From Methylophilales bacterium (GTDB lineage Bacteria > Pseudomonadota > Gammaproteobacteria > Burkholderiales > Methylophilaceae): DNA of 33,944 bases. The position numbers and the translations under genes are program-made. The stretch spans positions 1 through 33,944 of the forward strand of contig JABMNG010000152.1 of NCBI GenBank assembly GCA_013205275.1, read 5' to 3'. The notes under the pieces are model-generated. The model did not search any database. It was not told the origin of the DNA and was given only the letters and a program-made list of their open reading frames with translations. Below are positions 9,921 through 19,675 of this stretch, piece after piece. Numbering within the stretch: position 1 is the first letter of the stretch; each line of letters begins with the position of its first letter.

Positions 9921-11186
9921 TTAATTAATCCTCTTAATTTTGGCGCCAATTTGATTAAATTTTTCCTCAAGACTCTCATAGCCTCTATCCAAATGATATA
10001 TGCGCTCAATTATTGTTTCCCCTTTGGCTGCAAGCCCAGCTAAAACCAAAGAGGCGGATGCCCTTAAATCTGTTGCCATAACATTTGCACCACACAATTC
10101 CTCGCCACCTCTAATGATAGCTGTATTTTGTTTTATATCAATAATGGCGCCCATCCTTACTAATTCCTGAACATGCATAAATCTATTTTCAAAGATAGTC
10201 TCTGTAACCTCGCTCACGCCATCCGCCATTGCATTCATTGCCACAAACTGCGCCTGCATATCTGTGGGAAATCCTGGGTATGGTAATGTTTTTAAATTAA
10301 CAGCTTTCAATCTTCCATCACTCTTAATAGTTATTTTATCTTTATCTATTCTTATTTTTACCCCAGTTTCCTGCAACTTTTGAATGACCGCCCCCATCTG
10401 ATCTGCATCTACTCCCTGGCAGCAAATCTCCCCACCCGTCATAGCTGCTGCAACTAAATAGGTGCCAGCCTCGATTCTGTCAAACATTATCCTATGATTA
10501 GTCCCGGATAAATTTTCAACACCTTGAATTATGACTTTGTCTGTACCAAGGCCTGATATTTTAGCGCCCATCTTAATTAAACAATTTCCTAAATCAATCA
10601 CTTCAGGCTCTTTTGCTGCATTTTCAAGAACTGTCTCACCTCTAGCTAGCGTTGCAGCCATCATTAAATTTTCTGTTCCTGTTACAGTAACTTGGTCCAT
10701 ATAAATCTTAGCGCCCAATAATTTCGCGTCGGGCAAATGTTCTGAGCTGGCATTAATGTATCCTTGATCTATAGTAATTTTTGCGCCCATAGCTTCCAGG
10801 CCACGAATATGAATGTCTACAGGTCGTGAGCCAATAGCGCATCCGCCTGGTAATGAAACTCGAGCCTTACCAAACCTTGATAATAATGGACCTAATACTA
10901 AGACTGATGCTCGCATAGTTTTAACTAAATCATATGGGGCATCTATGTGATTAATTGATTTTGCGATTAACTCAATGGAGTCCTCATCTTTAGATATGCC
11001 TACACCAAGAAACTGCAATAGCTTTACTGTTGTATTAATATCAAAAAGTTTTGGGACATTAGTTAATGTTAGCTTATCTGAGGTTAACAAAGAGCCAATC
11101 AAAATAGGTAATGCAGCATTTTTTGCGCCAGAAATTAAAACATCTCCAAATAATTTACTTTGGCCCTGAATAATGAGCTTATCCAA
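9921..11186 (-). CDS. murA: UDP-N-acetylglucosamine 1-carboxyvinyltransferase
   Basis: [23 protein letters not shown] (active-site Cys), [20 protein letters not shown]; TTG start. Confidence 0.98.
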   Translation of the reverse strand: MDKLIIQGQSKLFGDVLISGAKNAALPILIGSLLTSDKLTLTNVPKLFDINTTVKLLQFLGVGISKDEDSIELIAKSINHIDAPYDLVKTMRASVLVLGPLLSRFGKARVSLPGGCAIGSRPVDIHIRGLEAMGAKITIDQGYINASSEHLPDAKLLGAKIYMDQVTVTGTENLMMAATLARGETVLENAAKEPEVIDLGNCLIKMGAKISGLGTDKVIIQGVENLSGTNHRIMFDRIEAGTYLVAAAMTGGEICCQGVDADQMGAVIQKLQETGVKIRIDKDKITIKSDGRLKAVNLKTLPYPGFPTDMQAQFVAMNAMADGVSEVTETIFENRFMHVQELVRMGAIIDIKQNTAIIRGGEELCGANVMATDLRASASLVLAGLAAKGETIIERIYHLDRGYESLEEKFNQIGAKIKRIN

Positions 11187-11188
11187 AA

Positions 11189-11497
11189 TTAATTTCCGGC
11201 AACGATCTTAGCTAATTCTCCTGACTCATAGATTTCTCTCATGATGTCTGCACCACCGATAAACTCAGAATTAATATATAACTGAGGAATGGTAGGCCAG
11301 TTGGAATAAGCTTTAATTCCTTCCCTAATTTCAGGGTCCTGCAAAACATCAACAGTTTCATAATTTGCCCCACATGCATCTAAAATCTGACAAGCTGTAC
11401 TTGAAAATCCGCATTGAGGAAACTTTGGGTTTCCTTTCATAAAAAGGACAATCAAATTATCCTCCAGCAACTCTTTAATTCTATTGTTAATGGTCAT
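11189..11497 (-). CDS. grxD: Monothiol glutaredoxin Grx4
   Basis: LFMKG, PQCGFS, WPTIPQL, GGAD motifs; GGAG SD. Confidence 0.96.
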   Translation of the reverse strand: MTINNRIKELLEDNLIVLFMKGNPKFPQCGFSSTACQILDACGANYETVDVLQDPEIREGIKAYSNWPTIPQLYINSEFIGGADIMREIYESGELAKIVAGN

Positions 11498-11515
11498 AAT
11501 TTTTCTCCGCTATAA

Positions 11516-11761
11516 TTATTTAGTTAGTTCTTTCCACTCGCTTGCTCTGTAAGTCTTAATTGACAAAGCATGTATGTCTTTTTTCATCATTTCACCTAGT
11601 GACTCATATACCAATTGATGTTGCTTAACCATAGAAATGCCTTCAAATTGATTGCTGACAATAGTCGCTTCAAAGTGAGTGCCGTCATCTCCCTTTACCT
11701 CTATAAACTCACAATTAAGATTAGTGGTAATAGAATTTTTAATCTGGTCAGGTGACATCAT
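11516..11761 (-). CDS. BolA/IbaG family protein
   Basis: GDDGTHF..IVS..F.G, QHQLVY, IHALSI; usual position upstream of murA. Confidence 0.93.
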   Translation of the reverse strand: MMSPDQIKNSITTNLNCEFIEVKGDDGTHFEATIVSNQFEGISMVKQHQLVYESLGEMMKKDIHALSIKTYRASEWKELTK

Positions 11762-12538
11762 CTAATTCCTTAATTTAAAACCTGATTTTAGCATTCTGAT
11801 CGTAATAAAAGATAAAGCGATAAAAAATAACACTACAATCACTAAGCTAAAATAAGGTGAAACATCTGATTTTCCAAAAAAACCAAACCTAAAACCATCA
11901 ATCATATAAAAAAATGGATTAAGTTGAGAGATTTTTTGCCAGATAGGAGGTAAAGAGTGAATAGAATAAAATACTCCTGACAACATAGACAAGGGCATGA
12001 TTACAAAATTTCCAAATGCCGCCATCTGATCAAACCGATCACACCAGACTCCAGCAATTATACCAAAAGCGCCCATAAGTCCCCCACCTAGCAATGCAAA
12101 TAATAATAATATCCATGGGTGCTCTATGGGTAAATCAATATAAATAATCGAAATTAAATAAATACAAATACCGACAAATAACCCTCTAGCAATTGAAGCC
12201 ATCAGGAATGCAAAAAATAGTTGTAAGTAGCTAAGTGGAGTTAATAATAGGAAAACAATATTCCCCATTACTTTTGACTGAATTAAACTAGATGAGCTGT
12301 TGGAAAATGCATTTTGCAATAGTGACATCATAATCAAGCCAGGAATCAAGAAAGCTGTATAGGCTACACCCTCATAAACCTCCAGACGGCTATCGAGAAC
12401 ATGTGAAAATATTAGTAGGTATAAAATTCCAGTAATTACAGGGGCAGCGACTGTTTGAAATACAACCCGCCAGAACCTTAGTAATTCTTTTTTTAAAAGT
12501 GTCCAAGTTCCAATAATCTGTGTTTTTAATGTAACCAA
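11762..12538 (-). CDS. ABC-2 type transporter permease (YadH-like)
   Basis: KKELLRFWR, FLIPGLIMM, LSGVFYS, NPFFYMIDGFR; multi-TM; paired with adjacent ATPase. Confidence 0.9.
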   Translation of the reverse strand: MVTLKTQIIGTWTLLKKELLRFWRVVFQTVAAPVITGILYLLIFSHVLDSRLEVYEGVAYTAFLIPGLIMMSLLQNAFSNSSSSLIQSKVMGNIVFLLLTPLSYLQLFFAFLMASIARGLFVGICIYLISIIYIDLPIEHPWILLLFALLGGGLMGAFGIIAGVWCDRFDQMAAFGNFVIMPLSMLSGVFYSIHSLPPIWQKISQLNPFFYMIDGFRFGFFGKSDVSPYFSLVIVVLFFIALSFITIRMLKSGFKLRN

Positions 12539-12539
12539 T

Positions 12540-13454
12540 TTATTTTTTATTTCCGGTTAATTTCAAAAATACACTCTCAAGATCTGTGTCTACAGTTTGC
12601 ATATCTATAATCTCAACTTTTGATTTTTTTAATGCTTCCGTAATTTCTGCGATATCAGTAATTTTTTTTAATTCAAAGATGAATGCACCATCTAATTCTG
12701 TGTACGAGAAACGCTCTATTATTTTTGGGAGTTTTTTTTCAGCTCTAAAATTTAAGCGAAGCATTAAATTCTTTGTTGAGAATTTTTTGAGTAAATTCTT
12801 TGTGGTGTCAAGCACAACAATTTTTCCAGCCCTTAGCATCGCAACAGAATTACATAAAGCTTCAGCCTCCTCTAAATAATGTGTTGTTAATACAATAGTA
12901 TGGCCCTCTTTATTGAGCTCTTTAATAAAGCTCCATAGTTTCTGCCTCAATTCTACATCGACGCCTGCTGTTGGCTCATCCAAAACAATTACTGGAGGCC
13001 GATGAACTAACGCCTGGGCAATTAATGCCCTTCTTTTCATGCCCCCAGAAAGCATTCTCATGTTCGTGGCTGCCTTATCTCTTAAGTCCAGTCGATCTAT
13101 TACCTCATCAACCCATTTATCATTCTCTCTCCCTTTCCCAAAATAACCTGCTTGGAACCGAAGCATCTCTCTAACATTAAAAAATGGATCAAAAACTAAT
13201 TCTTGTGGAACAATTCCCACCAAGTGCCTAGCCTCTTGATAATTTTTTTGAACATCTTGACCCATGACAGATATCTTTCCTGATGATGGGTTTGATAAAC
13301 CCCCCAGCATATTGATCATGGTTGATTTACCAGCGCCATTAGGACCAAGGAGGCCAAAAAATTCCCCCTCTGGTATTGAGAGTGTTATGCCATTTACAGC
13401 CTTTACTGACCCATAATGTTTTTTTACATTTTGATAGACAATGGCCGGCTTCAT
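12540..13454 (-). CDS. ABC transporter ATP-binding protein (YadG-like)
   Basis: Walker A GPNGAGKS, signature LSGGMKRR, LDEPTAGVD, TTHYLEEAE. Confidence 0.93.
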   Translation of the reverse strand: MKPAIVYQNVKKHYGSVKAVNGITLSIPEGEFFGLLGPNGAGKSTMINMLGGLSNPSSGKISVMGQDVQKNYQEARHLVGIVPQELVFDPFFNVREMLRFQAGYFGKGRENDKWVDEVIDRLDLRDKAATNMRMLSGGMKRRALIAQALVHRPPVIVLDEPTAGVDVELRQKLWSFIKELNKEGHTIVLTTHYLEEAEALCNSVAMLRAGKIVVLDTTKNLLKKFSTKNLMLRLNFRAEKKLPKIIERFSYTELDGAFIFELKKITDIAEITEALKKSKVEIIDMQTVDTDLESVFLKLTGNKK

Positions 13455-13492
13455 AATATGTTCTTATTTAAATATATAGAGGGTAAAGAGAT

Positions 13493-13510
13493 CTTTAGCT
13501 TTAGCTTTAG
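13493..13510. repeat. Hexamer tandem repeat (CTTTAG)x3 in the mlaB-ABC ATPase gap
   Basis: ctttag ctttag ctttag followed by a degenerate cttttac that includes the mlaB stop. Confidence 0.8.
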
Positions 13511-13513
13511 CTT

Positions 13514-13810
13514 TTACTTATTTCTTGCATTTGAAATGAATTCTTGGGCGCCATAAAGTCTGGCAAGCTTCGTAAGGTTCTTAGGGATACCCGTGATCAA
13601 GATATTTTGTTTTTTTTCTTTAGCGAGCCGCTTCCATTCAAAAATAAGAGCTAAGAGAGAAGTATCAAGATCTTTAACGCCACTCAAATCCAAATCAATA
13701 GACTGTTCCCAATTGAAATTCTGAACTGCATCAATTAGTTTCGAGATATTTTCAAAGGTTAAATTTCCTTTTAGAGCCCAATTATTTTTTTTAATTTCTA
13801 TGAATTCCAT
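13514..13810 (-). CDS. mlaB: STAS-domain protein of the Mla system
   Basis: DLSGVKDLDTS.LA, LARLYG; follows mlaC. Confidence 0.85.
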   Translation of the reverse strand: MEFIEIKKNNWALKGNLTFENISKLIDAVQNFNWEQSIDLDLSGVKDLDTSLLALIFEWKRLAKEKKQNILITGIPKNLTKLARLYGAQEFISNARNK

Positions 13811-14424
13811 TAGTCTTTATTGCTTTTATTTTTTTCTGCTAATTTTTCATTTAATGAGTTCATACCGCCAGCTTTAATTTCACTAGCAAACTGACTTCGA
13901 TAATTTGTAACTAAACTCACTCCCTCTATAACAATATCAAAAACTAACCAAGAATCCCCATCTTTAGCTAAAGCGTAATCAACTTTTATAGGTTGCGCTC
14001 CAGTTTGAACAATCTCTGTTTTTACAGTCACTATTTCATCTGTCGGCTGCATGCGCATGGGCTTAATATCAATACCTTGGTCTTTATACTTTGATAGCGC
14101 TACTGAATAGGTTCTTAATAATAAAGCCCTAAATTCAGACTTAAAATTAGTCTTTTGTTCTTCTGTTGCTGAGCGCCAGGCTTTGCCTAAAACTAATCTT
14201 GATATTTTCTCAAAATCAAAGTTTGGCAATATTTTTTCTTCGGCTATTTTAAATATCTTTTCCTTATTTCCGCCTTGGATATCTTTATCGTTCTTAATTG
14301 CTGATATAACGTCATCCGAAGTTTTCCTAACCAGCTCATCAGGAGCGAGCCCGGCGAAAACGACTGTCGAAAATGAAATTAATATAAAAGCAAGGATTCG
14401 TTTATTGAAAAAATTCAGGTTCAT
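13810..14424 (-). CDS. mlaC: Periplasmic phospholipid-binding protein
   Basis: Signal peptide, LVLGKAWR, LLRTY, DIVIEGVSLVTNYRSQF. Confidence 0.95.
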   Translation of the reverse strand: MNLNFFNKRILAFILISFSTVVFAGLAPDELVRKTSDDVISAIKNDKDIQGGNKEKIFKIAEEKILPNFDFEKISRLVLGKAWRSATEEQKTNFKSEFRALLLRTYSVALSKYKDQGIDIKPMRMQPTDEIVTVKTEIVQTGAQPIKVDYALAKDGDSWLVFDIVIEGVSLVTNYRSQFASEIKAGGMNSLNEKLAEKNKSNKD

Positions 14425-14425
14425 C

Positions 14426-14890
14426 TTATTTATCTTCCTCTGAGGCCTTGCTGTATAGAAATTGACTAATTAGTTTTTCTAAGACAACTGCATCTTGAGT
14501 TTGTGTAATTCGATCATTCTGTTCTAGGTTTTTTGTATCCCCGCCGGCTTCAAGACCGATATATTGCTCACCTAATAATCCAGCTGTATATATATTCGCA
14601 AAAGTATCTTTAGGAAATACATATCGCTTATCAATATCAATGCTTACGACTGCATGGTATGCCTTCGTATCAAACACAATCGAATTAACTCTTCCTACAA
14701 CGACTCCCGCAGCTTTAATAGGTGCTCTAGGTTTTAGCCCCCCAATATTCTCAAAGTTTGCGGTTACCATGTATGTCTCTCTGATGTCATTAGAGGTTAA
14801 ATTTCCAACTTTCGTGGCGAGCCCGAGTAATGATATTATGCCGACTGCCACAAAAATACCGACCCACGCATCAAATTTTATTTTATCCAT
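14426..14890 (-). CDS. mlaD: MCE-domain lipid asymmetry protein
   Basis: N-terminal TM, FENIGGLK...GVVVGRV, GLLGEQYI, LEKLISQFL. Confidence 0.96.
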   Translation of the reverse strand: MDKIKFDAWVGIFVAVGIISLLGLATKVGNLTSNDIRETYMVTANFENIGGLKPRAPIKAAGVVVGRVNSIVFDTKAYHAVVSIDIDKRYVFPKDTFANIYTAGLLGEQYIGLEAGGDTKNLEQNDRITQTQDAVVLEKLISQFLYSKASEEDK

Positions 14891-14916
14891 AATATCTTTT
14901 CACCCTTATTTGTATT

Positions 14917-15705
14917 TTAACCACTAATCATAAATGATGTAAGCACAAAATCTAATGCCAAAATAGCCAGAGAAGATGTTACAACTGTTCTAGTTGTTGC
15001 TCTACTGACGCCCTCAGCAGTTGGTGGCGCATCAAACCCCTCAAACAGAGCGATAATAGTACATGCAACCCCAAATACTAAGCTCTTAATTAACCCACTC
15101 ATAATATCAAAATTAAAGTCAACGTTCGCTTGCATTTGTGACCAGAAAGCACCTTCATCGACACCAATAATAGGCACAGCAACTACGTAGCCACCCAACA
15201 CACCAACCATTGAAAAAATTGATGCAAGAATAGGCATCGCAATTACGCCCGCCCAAAATCTTGGGGCAATAATTCTTGCAATAGGGCTTACTGCCATCAT
15301 TTCCATTGCTGATAATTGTTCCGTCGCTTTCATCAGTCCTATTTCAGCCGTGATAGCTGTTCCTGCTCTCCCAGCAAACAAAAGGGCAGTAACGACGGGA
15401 CCTAATTCCCTTACCAATGCCAATGCAACCAATACTCCAATTGCCTCAGATGATCCATATTTCTGCAAAGTATAATAACCTTGAAGGCCCAGCACCATAC
15501 CAACAAAGAATGCTGAAACAACAATAATAACCAGCGACATAACTCCTGTGAAGTAGACTTCTCGAATTGTCAGATGAATTCTTTTGAAACTGTCGCCAGA
15601 ATAAACAAAGATTAGAAAAATAAGTCGGGTTGCAGCACCCAATCTTAGAACTCGACTAGTAATTGAATTTCCAAGCTTTTCAAAAAAATTAAATAATGTT
15701 TTCAT
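14917..15705 (-). CDS. mlaE: Mla ABC transporter permease
   Basis: RELGPV, AGRAG, EIGLMKATEQ, GVSRATTRTVV. Confidence 0.97.
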   Translation of the reverse strand: MKTLFNFFEKLGNSITSRVLRLGAATRLIFLIFVYSGDSFKRIHLTIREVYFTGVMSLVIIVVSAFFVGMVLGLQGYYTLQKYGSSEAIGVLVALALVRELGPVVTALLFAGRAGTAITAEIGLMKATEQLSAMEMMAVSPIARIIAPRFWAGVIAMPILASIFSMVGVLGGYVVAVPIIGVDEGAFWSQMQANVDFNFDIMSGLIKSLVFGVACTIIALFEGFDAPPTAEGVSRATTRTVVTSSLAILALDFVLTSFMISG

Positions 15706-15713
15706 ATTGTCTT

Positions 15714-16508
15714 TTAGAGGCCTAAATCCGAGTTCAAACTTGGGGCATTATAATGAAATGGGACTGGGCCATCTTTCTCACCGTGAATAAATTGCTTAAT
15801 AAACGGCAATTTAGATGTCATTAACTGCTTTGGAGTTCCTTCAGCAGCAACCACCCCATCTGCAATAAAATATACATAATCAGCAAAGGAAAATGTTTCC
15901 GCTACATCGTGGGTCACTATAATGGAGGTCGCACCCAACGCATCGTTTAATGTTCGAATCAAATCACATATGACAGCCATTGATATTGGATCGAGCCCTG
16001 CAAATGGTTCGTCATACATAATAATATCTGGGTCTAATGCAATTGCACGTGCAAGCGCTACTCGTCTTGCCATTCCACCCGATAGCTCGGTGGGCATTAA
16101 GTAGGCAGCACCTCTAAGGCCCACTGCATTTAATTTCAATAACACCAAGTCTTTAATAATATTTTCGGGGAGGTCAGTATGTTCACGCATAGGAAATGCA
16201 ACATTTTCAAAAACAGATAAGTCACTAAATAATGCACCATGTTGAAATAGCATCCCCATCTTTCGTCGCAGCCGATAAATTCCTTCTCTGTCTTGTTGAT
16301 GAACAATCGTTCCATCTACACTCACTTGACCAGCTGTCGGCTTTATCTGCCCGCCAATTAACCTGAGAATCGTTGTTTTTCCGCTCCCGCTGCCTCCCAT
16401 AATGGCCGATACTTTTCCTCTCGGAAACTGCATATTAATTCCTTTATGCAGCTCACGATTGCCATATCCAAATCTTAGATCTTTGATGGAAATAATATTA
16501 TCTGACAT
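15714..16508 (-). CDS. mlaF: Mla ABC transporter ATPase
   Basis: GGSGSGKT, ELSGGMARR, YDEPFAGLDP, DGPVPFHY tail; upstream of mlaE. Confidence 0.96.
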   Translation of the reverse strand: MSDNIISIKDLRFGYGNRELHKGINMQFPRGKVSAIMGGSGSGKTTILRLIGGQIKPTAGQVSVDGTIVHQQDREGIYRLRRKMGMLFQHGALFSDLSVFENVAFPMREHTDLPENIIKDLVLLKLNAVGLRGAAYLMPTELSGGMARRVALARAIALDPDIIMYDEPFAGLDPISMAVICDLIRTLNDALGATSIIVTHDVAETFSFADYVYFIADGVVAAEGTPKQLMTSKLPFIKQFIHGEKDGPVPFHYNAPSLNSDLGL

Positions 16509-16566
16509 GATTTAATTTTTTAAAAAGTTATCCTAGATTTACTTTTAACCGAAAATGCATGTACTA

Positions 16567-17676
16567 CTATAACTCACCATAAGAATGGAGGCCCGATAAA
16601 AATAAATTAACCCCTAAAAAGCAAAAGGCTGTAATAAATAAACCAATAATTGACCACCATGCCAGTAAGCTTCCTCTAAGTCCTTTAATCAATCTTAAAT
16701 GAAGCCAAGCAGCATAATTTAACCATACTATTAATGCCCATGTTTCTTTTGGGTCCCATGACCAATAGCCTCCCCATGCTTCTGCAGCCCAAACAGCTCC
16801 AAGGATTGTTGCTATAGTAAAGAATAGAAAGCCGATTGCTATTACTCGGTAAGTCATGTCTTCAAGAACGTCTTTATTAGGCAGATATTGAGTAAGCCAT
16901 CCTTTATCAACAATAAGGTAGGCCATTGAAACCATCGCTGCAATAGCGAAAGAACCATAACCAATAAAATTGGCTGGCACATGAATTTTCATCCAATAAG
17001 ACTGGAGCGCTGGAACTAATGGTTGAATCTCATGAGCGCCCTTTGCAAAGCTATACCAGAGCAGAAATCCTACTGCAATATTTATAATAATCATTATAAA
17101 AGAGCCAAGTTTCTTTGTTTCTATCTTTTCTTCATAGTAAATATAAATAAGGGAGGTAATCAAACAGAATAGAACAAATACTTCATAAAGATTGCTAATT
17201 GGGATATGTCCTATATCAACACTAATTAGGTAAGACTCATACCAACGAATAAGAAGGCCTGACGTTCCAAGGGTAGTGGCAATCCAAACTAAATTTGAAG
17301 CGAGTTTTCCTGTAAATGCTTGAGAATTAAAAAGATGTATCCAATAAATTATTAGACTTAATGGATATAAAGTGCTCATCCACATGATCGCAGACTGGCT
17401 CGAAAGAAAGTACTTTAAAAAGAAATTTTCTTCAGCAATCGATAGGTTGCCTTGATATAAAAAAATAGATAAAAATGCCAGTAAAAAGATAGCAATAAAA
17501 AAATTCTTAAAGTTAGTCCAATAAAATCCTAGCCATGAAAAAACAAAAACAGAACCAATCAGAATTGAAATTTCGTAGCCGTCCATATACTGATGGAATT
17601 GTGTCAATGCATAACCCGCAAGAACAATTAATAGGCCAATAAAAAATTTACTGTAAAAACTGAACTGATCTTTCAT
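16567..17676 (-). CDS. ccsA: System II cytochrome c synthase, WWD-domain subunit (CcsA/ResC; naming varies)
   Basis: WGGYWSWDPKETW motif, PALQSYWMKIHV, GLHSY terminus. Confidence 0.96.
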   Translation of the reverse strand: MKDQFSFYSKFFIGLLIVLAGYALTQFHQYMDGYEISILIGSVFVFSWLGFYWTNFKNFFIAIFLLAFLSIFLYQGNLSIAEENFFLKYFLSSQSAIMWMSTLYPLSLIIYWIHLFNSQAFTGKLASNLVWIATTLGTSGLLIRWYESYLISVDIGHIPISNLYEVFVLFCLITSLIYIYYEEKIETKKLGSFIMIIINIAVGFLLWYSFAKGAHEIQPLVPALQSYWMKIHVPANFIGYGSFAIAAMVSMAYLIVDKGWLTQYLPNKDVLEDMTYRVIAIGFLFFTIATILGAVWAAEAWGGYWSWDPKETWALIVWLNYAAWLHLRLIKGLRGSLLAWWSIIGLFITAFCFLGVNLFLSGLHSYGEL

Positions 17677-17688
17677 ATCTTTCCTTTT

Positions 17689-19641
17689 TTATGTCTTTAA
17701 TAAATTAATCTTGCTTTTTATATCAGCCGCAAATTTATCAAATGCTAAATGATGACGATTTGTGGTTATAGATAATAAAATATTTTTTCTACCTTTCTTT
17801 TTTAACACCCACAAACGGACCTCTTGAATGTAGATCATACAAAAGATTCCAATGACCAACATCATTGACCCTAAGTATACCCAAAACTGCCCTGGAGACT
17901 TTGTTAGTTGTAATCCACTTGCTTGGACATGCTCAAAATCTTTTAATTCAAGAAATAAAGACGTCCCATAAAAAAAGCTATCACTGTATGCATTTAAAGC
18001 ATCTTGTGAAAATAAAGGTAAATCCTTAAAATCAAACAATCTATTTAAAGGCTTCTCAGCTTGATAATCAATCAATAATTGATTTGCCACTAAATGAATA
18101 ATTTTGATATAGGCATTTGCTGCGGCCTCCTGATTCTTGCTCGGAATATTTTTATCAATACTAAATGCTACAGCGTTATATCCACCTTTCTGAAATGTAT
18201 CAAATAACTTTAGGGCGCTTAATTCCAAATTGTTGGCATTCAACTCTTTAGATTTAGACGGTTCTGAAGTTAGAATTATTTTTTTTATTGTGCTTTCAAT
18301 TTTTTTCTTATTTAGCAGCAATTGCTTAAAAATCATAAATCCTTCTAAACTGCCTTCCGAGTCAGCAGGAATTTTAAGAAACCTAAAGTCCTCTTGGGGG
18401 GTTTCTCTCATACCGCTCATAAAGAAATATCTTCCATCAAGCTTCATAGGCATTTGGTAGGCTTGGTATTCATTTGCCTGTCCAGATTCATTTCTAATTT
18501 TATAGGTAAAATTTGGCCCTACGTTTCTTGATTTCTTTTTCTGGCTATTATCAATATCTAGAATATTAAATAACCGAAAGTCCTCAAATTCTAATGAGAG
18601 TGCTTTATCTAAATAACTAATCGCATTACTCTTAAATACCTCAGACTTTAATGGCTGAGGTGCATCATCTGAATGAAGGTCGGTAACCATGATATTTAAT
18701 TTGGTTCCACCATCCTGAAAATCAGACTGATAAATTGTTACCCCCTCATAAGTATATGGCTTATTAACACTAATTTTTTGTTCCGTTGTCTTACCTGTTT
18801 TTTTGCTAGTTAAAATTAGATCGCTCTCAAATGATTTTGGTTGGCCAGTTGAGTAATGCTCGATATGAAAATTTTTCAACCCAACTGAAAAAGGAAGCTC
18901 TTGAACTAAATAACCATCCTTAGAAGGTATGATTGCAACCTCTTGTTTTTCTCCTTCCGACAGCAAAACATTGGCTCGATATGAGAAATTTCCTTGGTTT
19001 AAACGACTTTTATTTGGAATTTGAGACAGAGGTATGTCTTGTATCTGGATCTCCTTATAGCCTAACAATTCTTGAGTTTTTAAGATTAGGTTCCCATCTA
19101 AAAGCCCCCCAAGACTAATAACGATTATTGCTAAATGAGTAAAAATGTAACCTAATTTCTGAAAGCTACCTTTTTTTGCAACAATTAATATGTCACCAGA
19201 TGCATTTATTTTTTCCCTTACCTTGAAATTACTCTTTTCTAACAATGCAATTAACTCTAATTTATTGAATGAGGGTAAATGAATTTCATAGCAATGCTTA
19301 AAAGAGCGTAATGATGTCTCCCTAATTTGATCCTGAAACTTCTTATACTCTTTCAGAATTCCAGGGCTGTTTCTAATAACGCACAATGAAGTTGATGCAA
19401 TTAAAAAGATTAAAATAGTTAAAAACCATATAGCTTGATAAACATTGAATAAATCTAGCTGCTTGAAAATATCAAACCAAAATTGCCCAAACTTAACCAT
19501 ATAACTTTCATACGGCTGATTTTGTTTTAGTATTGTTCCAATAATCGAAGCAATCCCAACAAAAGATAACATTGTGATAGAAAATCTCATTGAGCTCATT
19601 AACTGAGAAAAGCTCATTTTTTTATTGTTGGTATTTATCAA
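17689..19641 (-). CDS. ccsB: System II cytochrome c biogenesis protein (CcsB/ResB); start may be ATG 19617 rather than TTG 19641
   Basis: SSMRF.I, ASIIGT, GYIFTH, VNKP..Y.G..IYQ, SGLQ..KSPG; large periplasmic region between TM segments. Confidence 0.93.
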   Translation of the reverse strand: MINTNNKKMSFSQLMSSMRFSITMLSFVGIASIIGTILKQNQPYESYMVKFGQFWFDIFKQLDLFNVYQAIWFLTILIFLIASTSLCVIRNSPGILKEYKKFQDQIRETSLRSFKHCYEIHLPSFNKLELIALLEKSNFKVREKINASGDILIVAKKGSFQKLGYIFTHLAIIVISLGGLLDGNLILKTQELLGYKEIQIQDIPLSQIPNKSRLNQGNFSYRANVLLSEGEKQEVAIIPSKDGYLVQELPFSVGLKNFHIEHYSTGQPKSFESDLILTSKKTGKTTEQKISVNKPYTYEGVTIYQSDFQDGGTKLNIMVTDLHSDDAPQPLKSEVFKSNAISYLDKALSLEFEDFRLFNILDIDNSQKKKSRNVGPNFTYKIRNESGQANEYQAYQMPMKLDGRYFFMSGMRETPQEDFRFLKIPADSEGSLEGFMIFKQLLLNKKKIESTIKKIILTSEPSKSKELNANNLELSALKLFDTFQKGGYNAVAFSIDKNIPSKNQEAAANAYIKIIHLVANQLLIDYQAEKPLNRLFDFKDLPLFSQDALNAYSDSFFYGTSLFLELKDFEHVQASGLQLTKSPGQFWVYLGSMMLVIGIFCMIYIQEVRLWVLKKKGRKNILLSITTNRHHLAFDKFAADIKSKINLLKT

Positions 19642-19659
19642 GTAAGGCCTATCTTAATA

Positions 19660-19675
19660 TGTGAAATAATTCACA
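19660..19675. promoter_or_regulatory. CRP-family consensus-like palindrome TGTGA-N6-TCACA
   Basis: TGTGAAATAATTCACA in the cytochrome c4-ccsB gap, 3 nt upstream of a minus-strand TAAGAT (19651-19656). Confidence 0.5.

Noticed and set aside
9921-11186. murA as a possible fosfomycin-resistance allele
   Set aside because: The active-site Cys (GGCAIG) is present, so it is the ordinary form.
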